A DNA stretch of 64,000 nucleotides, taken from the NCBI GenBank assembly GCA_008690995.1, contig VRMN01000002.1, forward strand, positions 868,001-932,000, in the 5' to 3' direction. Of the stretch, positions 42,775 through 53,854 are shown in pieces; within the stretch, counting starts at the first letter, position 1; each line of letters starts with the position of its first letter. The position numbers were made by a program, and so were the translations under genes. Below the pieces are notes generated by a model. That model was not told the DNA's origin and ran no database searches. It saw only the letters and a list, made by a program, of their open reading frames with translations. Source of the stretch: Porphyridium purpureum. Lineage: Eukaryota.

Positions 42775-43647
42775 CTAGCTCGTAAATAGACGGCTGTACA
42801 AATGGGCATGAGCACACGCGGCATTATCCAGAAGTGGCGACGTGGATGTCGGAAGTTCCGCGAGATGATCCATGAGCTTGATAAAGTCTGAGCCACACCA
42901 GTCGTGGTCGCCTGATGCGCTACCATGTATACAGGCGCGCATCTGCTCCTCGCCCAGCCGAGCAAGTATCTCGATCGCCGGACCCAAGTCCTGCATGATC
43001 TTTTGTGACGCAATGGCACCGACCATGCCTAGCCTGACTCCGGCGCTTAGCAGCGCGCGAGCTTGCCAGAAGAGGAATAGACGAGACAACATGCAAGCGT
43101 TGCTTACTTCCTGATTTGAGCACACAAACGCGATGACACATCCAAACACCACCGCAAAATGGCCTGGCGCGGACCGTTGAACAATATGCTGCTTCCAGGC
43201 AAGCAGCACCTTCACGGAAGAATCTGCGGCGGAACCTGCTAGCTCCGCTTGATAAATTGTATTCAACAGCGCGGCACCTTGCGCGCGACTGGACTCACTA
43301 GTAATCGCAACGGCGCTCAATCTCTCATCCAGAAGCTCGTCAAGCTGGAGTATTTCCGCGAGCAGCCCCTTCTCGACCTTTTCACCCTGAGAGACGCTCA
43401 ATCTTCCCGCACGCATCCACGCAGCTCGCGCAAAGGGCAGCACACATCGCGCCGAGGCGTGCAAGCTCTGCAGTGAGAATTGCACCAGGTGGCGCACCGA
43501 GGAGGGTTCGGTGTGTCGTGCGTCAGCACCATGCCGGCCATGATGTTCTGCGAGCACCCCGCACTGCAGCGAAGCCTCTAGTCCATTTGACTGCACAAAC
43601 CCGCCACTCGGAAATGCAGAGTCCAGCAGCATCCACACATTCCACAT
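42775..43647 (-). CDS. ureF: Urease accessory protein UreF
   Basis: LLDSAFPSGGFVQSNGLE, SSRAQGAALL, GHFAVVFG, LSAGVRLGMVG, HAHLYSRLFTS; 5' end uncertain. Confidence 0.92.
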   Translation of the reverse strand: MWNVWMLLDSAFPSGGFVQSNGLEASLQCGVLAEHHGRHGADARHTEPSSVRHLVQFSLQSLHASARCVLPFARAAWMRAGRLSVSQGEKVEKGLLAEILQLDELLDERLSAVAITSESSRAQGAALLNTIYQAELAGSAADSSVKVLLAWKQHIVQRSAPGHFAVVFGCVIAFVCSNQEVSNACMLSRLFLFWQARALLSAGVRLGMVGAIASQKIMQDLGPAIEILARLGEEQMRACIHGSASGDHDWCGSDFIKLMDHLAELPTSTSPLLDNAACAHAHLYSRLFTS

Positions 43648-44160
43648 TCGGTGCCCGCGCTCCTTGCCATCTGTTGTTCCACTCTCTCGCTCTGGCACGG
43701 CCAATTCCTGCGCGAGCTCAACGTTTCAAGGAAACGGGATTCGAGGTTCAATTTCAGCGAGAAGTCTTCTTGAGACGGACGGATGAAGCCGCGTTGAGAG
43801 CGTGATGCGTGCGACTCGCAGAGATCAGGATCTCAGTGCAGAGAATCGCGACTTGTGCGTGCGTGCTCAAGCATTTTGAGCTGATGTTGGCGGAAGTGTT
43901 GCCGGCGGTAGGTGGGTCCGTCATGGGTATAAAAGCAGCGTCAGCACGGCACCTCTCTGGTTCACGGAAGGATGGGCAACAGGCAGCACGAAGGCTGGGT
44001 TTGGCTGCTGGCGAGACCGTCACGGAGAGTGGAGTTCCGTTTGTCAAGTCGTAGTTGCTGCTGCTGCGCAGAAAGCGAGTTCGGACCGCTTTGAATCAGA
44101 GAAAGTCAGAAGGACGTCTCACGTCGGTGTTTGAAAAGGGAGCTCTGCAACCTTGACGAA

Positions 44161-44895
44161 ATGACGTTTAATTTAGCGCTGGCTACAGTTCTGCTTGTTG
44201 CGTTGTTTGGAAACGCTGTGGCTGTGCATCAGCCAGGCGGACGCTCAAGTGCGCCGCCGTCTGGCTTTGAGGGCACAAGTGGCAGTGGTGGTCCTGCTCG
44301 GAGTGCGACCTCGCCGCGAAGCGGCACGACTCCGAATCCAGACCTGATTCCAGAGTCATTTGAAGCAGCAGATTTTGTTTATGATTTCAACACGGCTGAA
44401 GTGACGAGCACAGGCACAGGTGGCACAATCAGGCCAGCCACGGTGGTCCAGTTTCCGGTGGTCAAAAATTTTGACCTTTCGTTTTCGCTTTTCACGCTGG
44501 ATCCAGGAGGCGTGAACTTGCCGCACTTCCACCCGCGCGCGAGCGAGGCCCTCTTCTTGATTCGCGGCAACATTCGCGCCTGTTTCAGCGAGGAGAATGA
44601 TGGGCGTGTCTTTTGCAATGACATGAAGCCTGGACAGGCCACGATCTTCCCCATGGCCAATATTCACTACCAGCAGAATATTGGTTCGGAAGAAGTACTT
44701 TTCATGTCGATTCTCAATTCGAACAACCCTGGTGTGAGTACGACCATTCCGCGCACCCTCGCCTTACCATTGGATGCGATAGCAAGCCAGTTCTTCCTGC
44801 CAAAGTCTGATATCATGGATCTTGTGGGCCAGATCAAGTCAGGCCCGTCGCCACAGGGCCGAGAACCCATTGACGCAAAGATTGAATTTCCATAG
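44161..44895 (+). CDS. Secreted germin-like / spherulin cupin
   Basis: Signal peptide; GGVNLPHFHPRASE and IFPMANIHYQQN germin boxes. Confidence 0.9.
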   Translation: MTFNLALATVLLVALFGNAVAVHQPGGRSSAPPSGFEGTSGSGGPARSATSPRSGTTPNPDLIPESFEAADFVYDFNTAEVTSTGTGGTIRPATVVQFPVVKNFDLSFSLFTLDPGGVNLPHFHPRASEALFLIRGNIRACFSEENDGRVFCNDMKPGQATIFPMANIHYQQNIGSEEVLFMSILNSNNPGVSTTIPRTLALPLDAIASQFFLPKSDIMDLVGQIKSGPSPQGREPIDAKIEFP

Positions 44896-45646
44896 CGCTG
44901 CTGTGTCTTTGGCCAATACTTCTGTGTACCAGACGAAACACACAGTCACGTGGGTATGGTTCTAGACGTTTGCCCAAAGCGTTGCATCTTGTATCCAGAT
45001 GTTCTGTCTGTTGTCTGGTGGACGCGTCGTAGATGCAGATGCAAAGGTATCATCATACTAGCTGCACGGCCGAAAGGAGGCAGAATCTCACGGCCTGAAT
45101 GGCCCCTTATACCCTCGTGCGTTCAGTGGGCAACCGGCTCCAATGTTTGTCTGCCTGCTTGCCGGCCCGTTTTGTTTCTGATTCCATCCTTCTCGAAAGC
45201 CGGATGGGATTAAAATTTTCTGCTGCCATCTCTTCCGAGATGAGCACGTGTCCACCACAACCTCGTTTTCTCTGTCGAAGGCTTGTTTGTATGTCCGTAA
45301 AAACTATCCGTAAAGAAGCTGTGGAAACGGTGTTTTTGCACTCGGTCTCGCGTGAATCATTGAATACTTGGCCGGCTGGCTGGCTGGCTGGCTGACCAAC
45401 TAGCCAAGTTGCGAAATGTGCCCTTGACATACTGCATCGTCTTGTACATCCCGAGCAGCACGGAGGTGGGCTCGTCCTGCAGACGACACTGACAAGAGCT
45501 CGGTGCTGAATGCTTCACAGAACACTACACGATTCACTGTACTACAGAGATGGGTTGAAGGTGCTGGCGAGTACAGGTTGCACTGGCAACAGCAGCGGAT
45601 GTTGGTTGGTTGGGTTTTGGGGTGGGAAAGTCTGAACACAAAAGGA

Positions 45647-46555
45647 ATGATGGAGGTGTCGTGGACGCCGCTCACAGGCAAACAGCAAGATGTGCAGAAC
45701 ATCCAGCGCCTCGTGATACCGGCCGTCTCTGTGGGCAACGTACCGCAATTGGCGCTGGATCTGCTACTGCATAACGTGCCTTGTCGTGCACCGGTGCCGA
45801 GTGCCGTGCTCCGATCGCCATTCGTGCTTCCGTGCGCAGGCGGATTCGATCTCGAAAGCAGCCAAAGTGATCAACCCGAGCATCGTGCTCCGCGCAGAAT
45901 CAGCACCAGCTTGCAGCTGTGTGAGCTGGATGTTCCTGGGCAAAGTTTGCACGTGATTCACCAGAGAGCGCCCGTCATGGCTGGCTGTGCGGCAGTGTAT
46001 GCGAAACAAATGGCCGAGTTCCTCAGCAGGGAGAGAATACAGGACGCTGTCTTACTTATGAGCTCTTCGGCTGCCGGGCGGCGCGACATGCACATGCACA
46101 CGCAGGCACAGCCGCAAAGGCCTTTTGATCTCAGAAGCCGTGTTTGGAGCATGATGACGTCGGCCATGGCAGGGACAGAGCTCGCCGGGCGAGCTTCCGA
46201 GACGCTGGGCGTGGAAATGTTGCGTGGAATGGGAGCGCTGGGTTGGAATCCAGCGCACGCGCGCGAGGAGGTGGCGACCGACGCCGAGGTGGACTCGTCT
46301 ACGCTGCCGTTGTTCTTCGCTGCGAGCAGGCCTGGTAGCTTTGTGCGGTGCCTTTTGGAAGAGTGCGAAAAGCTTGGATTTCCACTCCTTGTACTTGTCA
46401 TGTTTGTGCACGAAGGAGACAACACCTTGGAGGCAACGGCGATGGCTAGTACATTGTGCGATCTGCTCGATTTACCTAGATCTGATGCGTGGAAGATGCC
46501 ATCTTCATGGGAGTACGTGCTGGGGCCGCCGCCGAGTTCTGCCTTATACATGTAA
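45647..46555 (+). CDS. PAC2: Proteasome assembly chaperone 2
   Basis: LVIPAVSVGNVPQLALDLL, HQRAP, FVHEGDN, WKMPSSW. Confidence 0.9.
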   Translation: MMEVSWTPLTGKQQDVQNIQRLVIPAVSVGNVPQLALDLLLHNVPCRAPVPSAVLRSPFVLPCAGGFDLESSQSDQPEHRAPRRISTSLQLCELDVPGQSLHVIHQRAPVMAGCAAVYAKQMAEFLSRERIQDAVLLMSSSAAGRRDMHMHTQAQPQRPFDLRSRVWSMMTSAMAGTELAGRASETLGVEMLRGMGALGWNPAHAREEVATDAEVDSSTLPLFFAASRPGSFVRCLLEECEKLGFPLLVLVMFVHEGDNTLEATAMASTLCDLLDLPRSDAWKMPSSWEYVLGPPPSSALYM

Positions 46556-46612
46556 AATCATTAAACCACGTGCGACGCATTTCAAGAGGCGCATCCACGT
46601 TTGGCACTATGG

Positions 46613-49162
46613 CTACGTCTTTTCTAGATTTATGGAGAGCATGCGAGTAACAAGACTTGGCTCAACGATGCGAAGCAAATCACCGAGTTCAGCGACTGTA
46701 AACGCATCTGCGAGCTCGCGCCAATTCTCTACGAGAATCCCCGCAAGAACAGACTGATCAGCGCCTTGAAGCGTCCGCGCCAGCATGAGCATCACCGTCG
46801 GTAAAACTTCTTTCCTGACTAGATCCATCTCAAACTGACGCCCAAGCGAAGGGCACGACAAATCAGGAGCGCCACGGTTCGTATCCGCATCCACTTTTAC
46901 GTCCGGACGCAGCCAGCCCCCATCAAATTCAAGAATGCGCAACAAAGCGCTCGATACGCCTTCAGCGTTATGCGCACTCGAAGACCAATCCGCAGCGTGT
47001 GATTCAACGCCCCTGTCGTGACTCCAGATCTGGTACGCCTGAATCCCCTCCATGTAAGCCAGCCAGCACTGAAATTCGCGCTGAGCTTCCAAGACTTCAA
47101 AGTCATCTACTGACGAGATGCTTGCAAACAGAGCTTCCGGAATCCACTTGATTAGGTCCAATGCCGCCATCATGCGCTTCAAGAGCACAAATCGCCGAAT
47201 CGCAGTGTTGCAGTACCTTAAAGCATTCGTAGCGTCTTCCATGTCGGGGTACAAGAAGAACTCAATTGCACGAACAATGCATTCTACACTGAATACCTCG
47301 CTGCTAGCAAGCGCTGGCTCTTGCAGTTGTGACGCTCGTGTCGGCTGCGCAGCGTGCTCCAGGATCACAAACTTCTCATGCCACACCATTTCCACGCTTT
47401 GCTTGGCAGCAGCAAGCCGTACGCGTTCCATTTCTTCACTTTCACCTCCTTCACAAAGTACCTGAAGGCATAATGTCCTTCGTTGAACCAAGAAATCGGT
47501 CCGCATTGCCGACTTTTCTGCAATCAGGTCAAAGTACAGCGCATCTTTTAGAAGCGTTGCGATCAAGCGCGTTTGAGTGTCCGCCATGGTTGGAAAGACG
47601 CAATACCGCATCGCCAAAGTGTATACCTCTTGCAAGGAGTGCTCTTGCTCCGACGCACCAGTCGCGCCACTGCCACCACGGTGCTCCACGTACGCAACCG
47701 AGTCGAACAACACGGCGCAATACGAAGCTAGAATGGCATCAGAGTCTGCAACGCAGTACGTGACTGATTTTGGGTAGATTCTGCGCAGAAGTAGCAGCAT
47801 GTGCGCGCATGATCGTACCAACCAACTCACCTGCGAAGCGCAACACTCCTTCATAACGCGAACGAGCTCCACAAAGTTTGTCTTCCATGACGCTTCAGAA
47901 CAATCCCGGACGTGCAGCAAAGCGATTATTCCCAGCATACTGCGTGCATTTGTCCGACAGATGCCCGAAAGTTTGTCATCAAAGGCGCCCTTCTTCTGCG
48001 TGGCGAGAAACGCTTCCAAAATCTCGCTGTCTAAAATATCCGGTACATTAACACTGCTCATTGTATCTGCCGACTGTAACGTGTCGTCCATCGCCGTTTG
48101 ATTCACATTCGCATTTGCAGTCGCTTCTAAGATCATATCGATCCGGTCACGCAGGAGAATGACGAGACGCGCCCATACTTCGTCGTGGTATGACTCGCAC
48201 ACGTTAAGCAAAGTATCAAGCGACCCTCCAAACACACTGTACAGAGCGCGCTCATGCGGGCTAAGAAGTGCCGCGAATGCCGTGTCCGACAGACACAGTC
48301 GCCTCACAAGTGCACGATATGACGCCAGGCAACCTCCCGGCTGCCCGCGGGAATCACTTTGCGCGCTCGCGCCGAGCTCTTCAATCGATGGAGCCGAAGG
48401 CACACACGCTGCGCGCCAAGGTTGACCGGCTTCACGGCAGCAAAGCTGTATCTCATCTAATCGTCCGGCGCGTAGCAATTTAAAGCATTCCTTCATCAAG
48501 CGCATTTCAGCCTGGACTTCATGAGCCTGCCTGTCCTGGGGTTCGACTTTTGACAAGTAGTCTGGATCCGAGACAAACGCGCGTTTCTTGGCTGCGCGAG
48601 AATATGCAAGGCGATATGCCGGATCGTCAAGCGGCGCGAGGTCGGGGCCTCCGCTCCGATCCAATGCGTCGCCGGCCTCCTTCTGCAGCCATTCGATGAC
48701 GCGCCGGCACTTGAGAATGCCTGGATACGTTTGAACTTGTGGTATATCACCGTAAAAAGAGTGCCACAAATCTCGAGGCTTCCGCGTAGAGCCCATCACC
48801 GTCCGCAACGCCAGTGACCACAAATCATGTTCAAAAGCAAGTGACTCGGCCACTCCGTCCGGCGCATGATATGTCTGAGCACGAGCGGTCCCCGAACAAT
48901 AGTCGACGGCTTCAACCATCTTCACAAGAACTGCCTGTTGATCAGAGCCATCATCACCGTGCGCCGCGTCGTCATGCCAACTGGCGGACGAGTCTGCACC
49001 TTGCGCGCCGAGTGCAGCGACATAATCTAGCACAATATTCCCATGCAAACTCTGCAACTGCTGCTCGATCCCGACCACCAATCGCATGGGCATTGACGTG
49101 GGGAGCACATGTGCCGTTCCGCCGCCGTCTGCCAAGCTCCGAAGCGTCTGACCGACCATCAT
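46613..49162 (-). CDS. NUP107: Nucleoporin Nup107/Nup84
   Basis: E..LW.L, VIEWLQ, FKLLRAGRL....CCREAGQPWRAA, HERALY, DEVWA; 5' end uncertain. Confidence 0.85.
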   Translation of the reverse strand: MMVGQTLRSLADGGGTAHVLPTSMPMRLVVGIEQQLQSLHGNIVLDYVAALGAQGADSSASWHDDAAHGDDGSDQQAVLVKMVEAVDYCSGTARAQTYHAPDGVAESLAFEHDLWSLALRTVMGSTRKPRDLWHSFYGDIPQVQTYPGILKCRRVIEWLQKEAGDALDRSGGPDLAPLDDPAYRLAYSRAAKKRAFVSDPDYLSKVEPQDRQAHEVQAEMRLMKECFKLLRAGRLDEIQLCCREAGQPWRAACVPSAPSIEELGASAQSDSRGQPGGCLASYRALVRRLCLSDTAFAALLSPHERALYSVFGGSLDTLLNVCESYHDEVWARLVILLRDRIDMILEATANANVNQTAMDDTLQSADTMSSVNVPDILDSEILEAFLATQKKGAFDDKLSGICRTNARSMLGIIALLHVRDCSEASWKTNFVELVRVMKECCASQVSWLVRSCAHMLLLLRRIYPKSVTYCVADSDAILASYCAVLFDSVAYVEHRGGSGATGASEQEHSLQEVYTLAMRYCVFPTMADTQTRLIATLLKDALYFDLIAEKSAMRTDFLVQRRTLCLQVLCEGGESEEMERVRLAAAKQSVEMVWHEKFVILEHAAQPTRASQLQEPALASSEVFSVECIVRAIEFFLYPDMEDATNALRYCNTAIRRFVLLKRMMAALDLIKWIPEALFASISSVDDFEVLEAQREFQCWLAYMEGIQAYQIWSHDRGVESHAADWSSSAHNAEGVSSALLRILEFDGGWLRPDVKVDADTNRGAPDLSCPSLGRQFEMDLVRKEVLPTVMLMLARTLQGADQSVLAGILVENWRELADAFTVAELGDLLRIVEPSLVTRMLSINLEKT

Positions 49163-50040
49163 GCTCTACCCACACACACACGCTCCCTAGTCCACCAACC
49201 TCTGTCGACTCTGCGCACTTCCTTGTTCCCATTGTAAAAAAAATAGATTAAAATAACGCCACCCATGTGATAAAAAGGATAGAAAAAGAAAGTGTAGTGT
49301 ACAGTTGAACGCAGCACGAGAACGAACTAGAAATAAATATCATTAAGAATATATTATTGTTAGAATTTCTATTCTCACAGCAGTTTGGCAATGAGAAGAT
49401 CCCGGGTTCGAGGTGCTCAGCAGAGGAAGGTCCCGGTGGGAGCTTCTTGGAAGCCGCTCCTATGGCTAAGCGGTATAGCGTCTCACTAGTAAGCCAAAGT
49501 CTATCTTTTTGCTCCGGCTTTCTCTTTTGGCCTCCTCAGACTTCCAAAGCCCATGAACCACTTTGTCATTCTGGTTCCAAGCTAGTCGCATATCATCGGC
49601 TTGTAACACTGCGCTCGTCTCGCCAACCAGTAATCCAACGGCACATGAAAGAGATCTCTCGCACTGTGCCAGAATCCACTTCTTCCTGTTCTGTCGAGTG
49701 CCTCCACTTGCAGGGTCTTCCGTGCACCTGTTTCGCTGCATCCTCCATGCCTTCATGGCGTGGTGAGTTCAAGCGGCGGCAAATGTTGGTCGTAGGTCAA
49801 GTCTGCGAATTTGCTTTTCTCCGGACAGGTTTCAGCAATATCGAGCAAGCACCAACACATGTTAACGCAAGAAACCCGCAACGCGAAAGGCGGAAAGCAA
49901 ATGCGCTGTCGTGGCTCTATTCTTGAAGCCAGTCGTTCCCCGGGCCCCACTTGAGATGCCAATGCCTCGTCACGTACTTTAAAAGTTCGGATAAGATCAC
50001 GGACAAAGTGGCTCCCGTTGAATGTACAAGGAGCACTCTT

Positions 50041-50210
50041 GACTCGTTCACGAGGCAGGGCCCCGCGTACGCTGCTTATCGACCGCAAAATCCCACCTCG
50101 ATGGATGAAAGGATTCTGTCGTTTTTCAGGAAAATAAAGTCAAATCCGACAAGCTGCGCAATCGATATCGGCACAGAAACTGGCCACGTCGCTCGACCTC
50201 TTGCAAAGGT
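50041..50210 (+). pseudogene. Fragment of a class I SAM-dependent methyltransferase (N-terminus only)
   Basis: DSFTRQGPAYAAYRPQNP...ERIL...CAIDIGTETGHVARPLAK; no ATG start and no remaining domain recognised. Confidence 0.55.
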
Positions 50211-51109
50211 CGAACTTTGGGACAGCAAAGTTGGCCAGTTGACCGGAAAGGCGCGTACTTCGTGCACACTGAGACGATTGATGGCTATGAAGTCAGGCTC
50301 GGCGACGTGACGTTCTACATGTTGATCAAGCTGCCCCAGAAGGCTCATACCGCCTCGTTACTCGAGCACAAATGGTCTGCTGGCTTCTTCGCGAAGTTTC
50401 ATCGTCTTTCACCTTCCCAGAAGCCAGACATCTTCTGCAGCCGCAGGGTCTTAACGCAATCACGGGCTATGGAATCTGCTCAACTTGTCGCAGCCACCGT
50501 GTGGCGAGCGAGCACTTGGCGCAGCCACGAAAGGACCTTGCTCGTCTCTCGGATGCATCGTGCGATCGCTCTGCTTTCGACTCTAAAAACACAAGTCTTG
50601 ATTACTGGCCGGTTCGAGAGAATGGTCGCTTCGATATTATTGATTCTCGACGGGTTTCTGCCACTGATTTTCTTTCGTCCGTGCCGACTTGATTCGTACA
50701 GCGCCGAAGTGACGGACTGTTCCGATGCTCCTGCATCGAGTGGCAGCGTGATGAATGGGCTATGGAACAAGTTGCAGTTGAGACACCCTCCGTTGCCATC
50801 ATCCTGTTGCCTGGACGCATTGTCCTTGTGCACATTCGACCAGTCTCCAATCCAAAGCGATCTCCTGTTTGAACCCATCCAGTCTCCACCATTTGTACCC
50901 GCGGCCGTGTTTACGTTGCACACGTGTGCGTCGACATGGTAGACGCGTTGCGTAGCAAACGGGTGACCTGCGTCTCCACTTGTCGAGCAACGTCCGGAAC
51001 GAAGTCTCCAATGTTGAAAATGATTCCCTGACTCAACGGGCAGCGCCACTAGCCGCACATCAATTTAGTGTATCCGCAAGCTCCACGGTTCTGCGTGCGT
51101 TGTCGACTG

Positions 51110-53128
51110 ATGCGGCGCTCAAGTTTGCACGGCATGGCGATACTGGGATGGGTTGCACAGACTGGGTTACGATCACCTGGGTCTCTCTGTCCGCCGAAAT
51201 GCTGCGACAGAACACGCAGGTATCGACGCACTGCTTTTGCGCCCACTCGATTTGCGCGTGCCCTCCAGACCCGCGTGTCCTTGTCGCCTTCACGAGAAGC
51301 AGCGGTACCGACAGACGGGGTCGCCACGTCAGTTGCCGCGCCGAAGAAGGTTTGCGTGGTCTGGTTCAGGCGCGATTTGAGACTAGACGATAATCCTGCT
51401 CTGTATGCAGCGGTCGCCGAGCATAAGTATGACCTCGTCGTGCCATTGTTCATTGTCGGTGATGACCAGGACGAGCTGCCCGACGTGTTTGCCGCGACTT
51501 CGCGGTCATGCCGTGATCCCTTTGCGCATACTGCGCATTCAGTTTACTTGCAGAGTAGTCTTCAATCCTTCAGCCGCCGGTTAAAGGAACTTGGTGGCGC
51601 TGGACTCCATGTGGTGCAACGCGGTGACCAGACGGTGGCGGCTGTATTGAAAGCAGTTTGCGATTCAGCAAAGAGCACCGCTGTTTTTTTCAATGCGCGA
51701 TATGAACATGGCTGTGCTCAGCAGGATGAGCGGACGATTGCTGCGTTGAGTCGACAAGGCATCATAGTGCACCGGTGCATGGGTGACCTCTTGTTCGACC
51801 CTGCTCGCATTGCGACGGCGCAGCAACGCCAGACAAGACGAACAACACACCAGCAAGATATTGAAGAATCGGACAAGAATAGAAAATTCGCGCACTGGGG
51901 TACGCTGACATGGTTCAAACGACTTGCAGAGTCAAGCACACCATCGTCACATCACGCCGCCTTGGTTCCACCAATCCACTCTTTCTCAGCGCTTGAGATT
52001 CATACTTTGAAGGAACAGAGCGAGCGAATATTACATACTCCTTTGCGGCGTTGGGGGACCAAAGTCATGCAATATTGGGAACCCGGAGAGCAAACGGCAC
52101 AGAAAGCGTTGCGAGAATTTATCGATAATGGCGGACTTTCGGCATACGAACGAAGCAAATCACGCGCAGATATGACTGGTGCCGTATCTAAGCTGAGTAT
52201 GCGTTTGAGGTGTGGGGAACTGTCTCCTCGCACGGTGCAGAATGCGTTTGAAAAAGCCAATGTGCGCCATCGTGCTCCAATCCTGTCGCGGAGGCTGTAC
52301 TGGCGCGACCTGGCGTACTTTCAATTAGCCTTGTTTTCGGATCCTTTGGAACCCATTCGTCCGCAGTACCGCGAGCAGACTTGGCCAGGTACAAAAGAGC
52401 AAGCAGACGCATGGATCCGAGGGCAAACGGGCTACCCCTTAGTCGACGCCGCCATGCGTGAGCTCTGGGAAACCGGGTGGATGTCGCAAAACGTTCGAAT
52501 GATTGCGGCGAGCTTTTTGGTACATATACTGGGCGTGCATTGGCATGTAGGCCTGCGTCATTTCCACAATGCGCTTGTCGATGCAGACGTTGCGATCAAC
52601 ACCATGATGTGGCGCAATGCAGCCGGCGTAGGCGTGGACTCGTGGAATTTTTCTCTCGATCCTGTATCAGACAGTCGATTTGTGGACCCGACTGGTGCGT
52701 ATGTGCGCCGATGGATACCCGAACTTGCTCACTTACCGAATGAGCATCTGCATGCGCCGTGGCTAGCATCGAGCCGCGAAGGCTTGAACTATCCGGAACG
52801 GATCGTCACAGATCTGAAATCGGCACGGGAGCGCATGATGGATTTTTTCCGACAAGCCAAAATCCGGCATCACGCCACGTCATCGGTGTCTTGCAACGAG
52901 CGAGGGTATGATCTTGTGCGGGTGCCAGGTACCAAATCCGAGACCGTGCTCTTCACGCTGCCTTTTTTGCGCAAGGCTGTCCCAAAGGCGCAAGGTATGA
53001 CCGAAGCCACGGCGCAGTCTGTGTCGAGCAAATCGCGGAAGCATGGGCCGAAGAAACCGAGCAAGACAGCATCAAGCAGGTCCTCGGAGAAACGCGCCTT
53101 GACGCGTCAACTGCGCGACTTATCTTAA
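51110..53128 (+). CDS. Cryptochrome/photolyase family protein (plant-CRY-like/class III-like clade suggested)
   Basis: VWFRRDLRLDDNPAL, SKLS..LRCGELSPR, LYWRD, GQTGYPLVDAAMRELWETGWM, LVDADVAIN, DPTGAYVRRWIPEL. Confidence 0.93.
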   Translation: MRRSSLHGMAILGWVAQTGLRSPGSLCPPKCCDRTRRYRRTAFAPTRFARALQTRVSLSPSREAAVPTDGVATSVAAPKKVCVVWFRRDLRLDDNPALYAAVAEHKYDLVVPLFIVGDDQDELPDVFAATSRSCRDPFAHTAHSVYLQSSLQSFSRRLKELGGAGLHVVQRGDQTVAAVLKAVCDSAKSTAVFFNARYEHGCAQQDERTIAALSRQGIIVHRCMGDLLFDPARIATAQQRQTRRTTHQQDIEESDKNRKFAHWGTLTWFKRLAESSTPSSHHAALVPPIHSFSALEIHTLKEQSERILHTPLRRWGTKVMQYWEPGEQTAQKALREFIDNGGLSAYERSKSRADMTGAVSKLSMRLRCGELSPRTVQNAFEKANVRHRAPILSRRLYWRDLAYFQLALFSDPLEPIRPQYREQTWPGTKEQADAWIRGQTGYPLVDAAMRELWETGWMSQNVRMIAASFLVHILGVHWHVGLRHFHNALVDADVAINTMMWRNAAGVGVDSWNFSLDPVSDSRFVDPTGAYVRRWIPELAHLPNEHLHAPWLASSREGLNYPERIVTDLKSARERMMDFFRQAKIRHHATSSVSCNERGYDLVRVPGTKSETVLFTLPFLRKAVPKAQGMTEATAQSVSSKSRKHGPKKPSKTASSRSSEKRALTRQLRDLS

Positions 53129-53264
53129 TGGTAAACGGTTTGAACCGTTTTCGTAATTTTCGTTTCCTTCTGAGCGGTGGAAGTGGGAACGCGCGTTGGG
53201 GTAGAAGCGCAGAAGAAAGACTAGACTTCGCGCGTGGCGTTGGCTTCGGCTGCGGCTTGAGTTC

Positions 53265-53678
53265 ATGGCAGTTCTAACATCTGTTGACTCCCCGCTGGAT
53301 CAGGTTTCAGCGGGGACGGCAGGTGCGATTTTGTCGCTGTACTCGACGGCGTCGCGCTGGTTCGTGACAGCGTGTATTGGGCGTGTGCTGGTGGCTTCGT
53401 TCCCCGACAGCGTGCGCTCGCAGTTGAAGATGCAGCTGCGCCCGTTGTACCTTATCTGTGATCCGGTGTTTGAGAGCTGCAAGATTGCCGTCCCAGCCCT
53501 TCGCAGGGCGGCCGCATTAACTGGAGTGGATCTGACTCCGATTCTGGTCATTGTGGCCTTTCAGACCTTGTCAGTCTCTTCTCGCGCTCTGGGTGCTGAA
53601 GTGCCCGCAAGTGAAATGGGTCCAAATTCTAAGGCTGACGGAAGAAAATCCCGCTCCGTCAGGCGACGATCCTTTTAA
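53265..53678 (+). CDS. YggT/YlmG/CCB3 family membrane protein
   Basis: RVL..FP...PLYLICDPVF...GVDLTPIL. Confidence 0.75.
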   Translation: MAVLTSVDSPLDQVSAGTAGAILSLYSTASRWFVTACIGRVLVASFPDSVRSQLKMQLRPLYLICDPVFESCKIAVPALRRAAALTGVDLTPILVIVAFQTLSVSSRALGAEVPASEMGPNSKADGRKSRSVRRRSF

Positions 53679-53854
53679 CGTCTCCGATTCGAGGCGCGAT
53701 ATCGTGCTGGGCTGGAATCCTGTACTAGTATGCACGTAAGGGGCCGCTGCGAATCTGCTCAGAAGGACTTCTATGACTTGCGCATCTTAGGGTCCGGTTG
53801 CTTTGCGGCCAGGGTAAACACGAAAAACGATCCGAACAAAGCTTCAGGTATACT

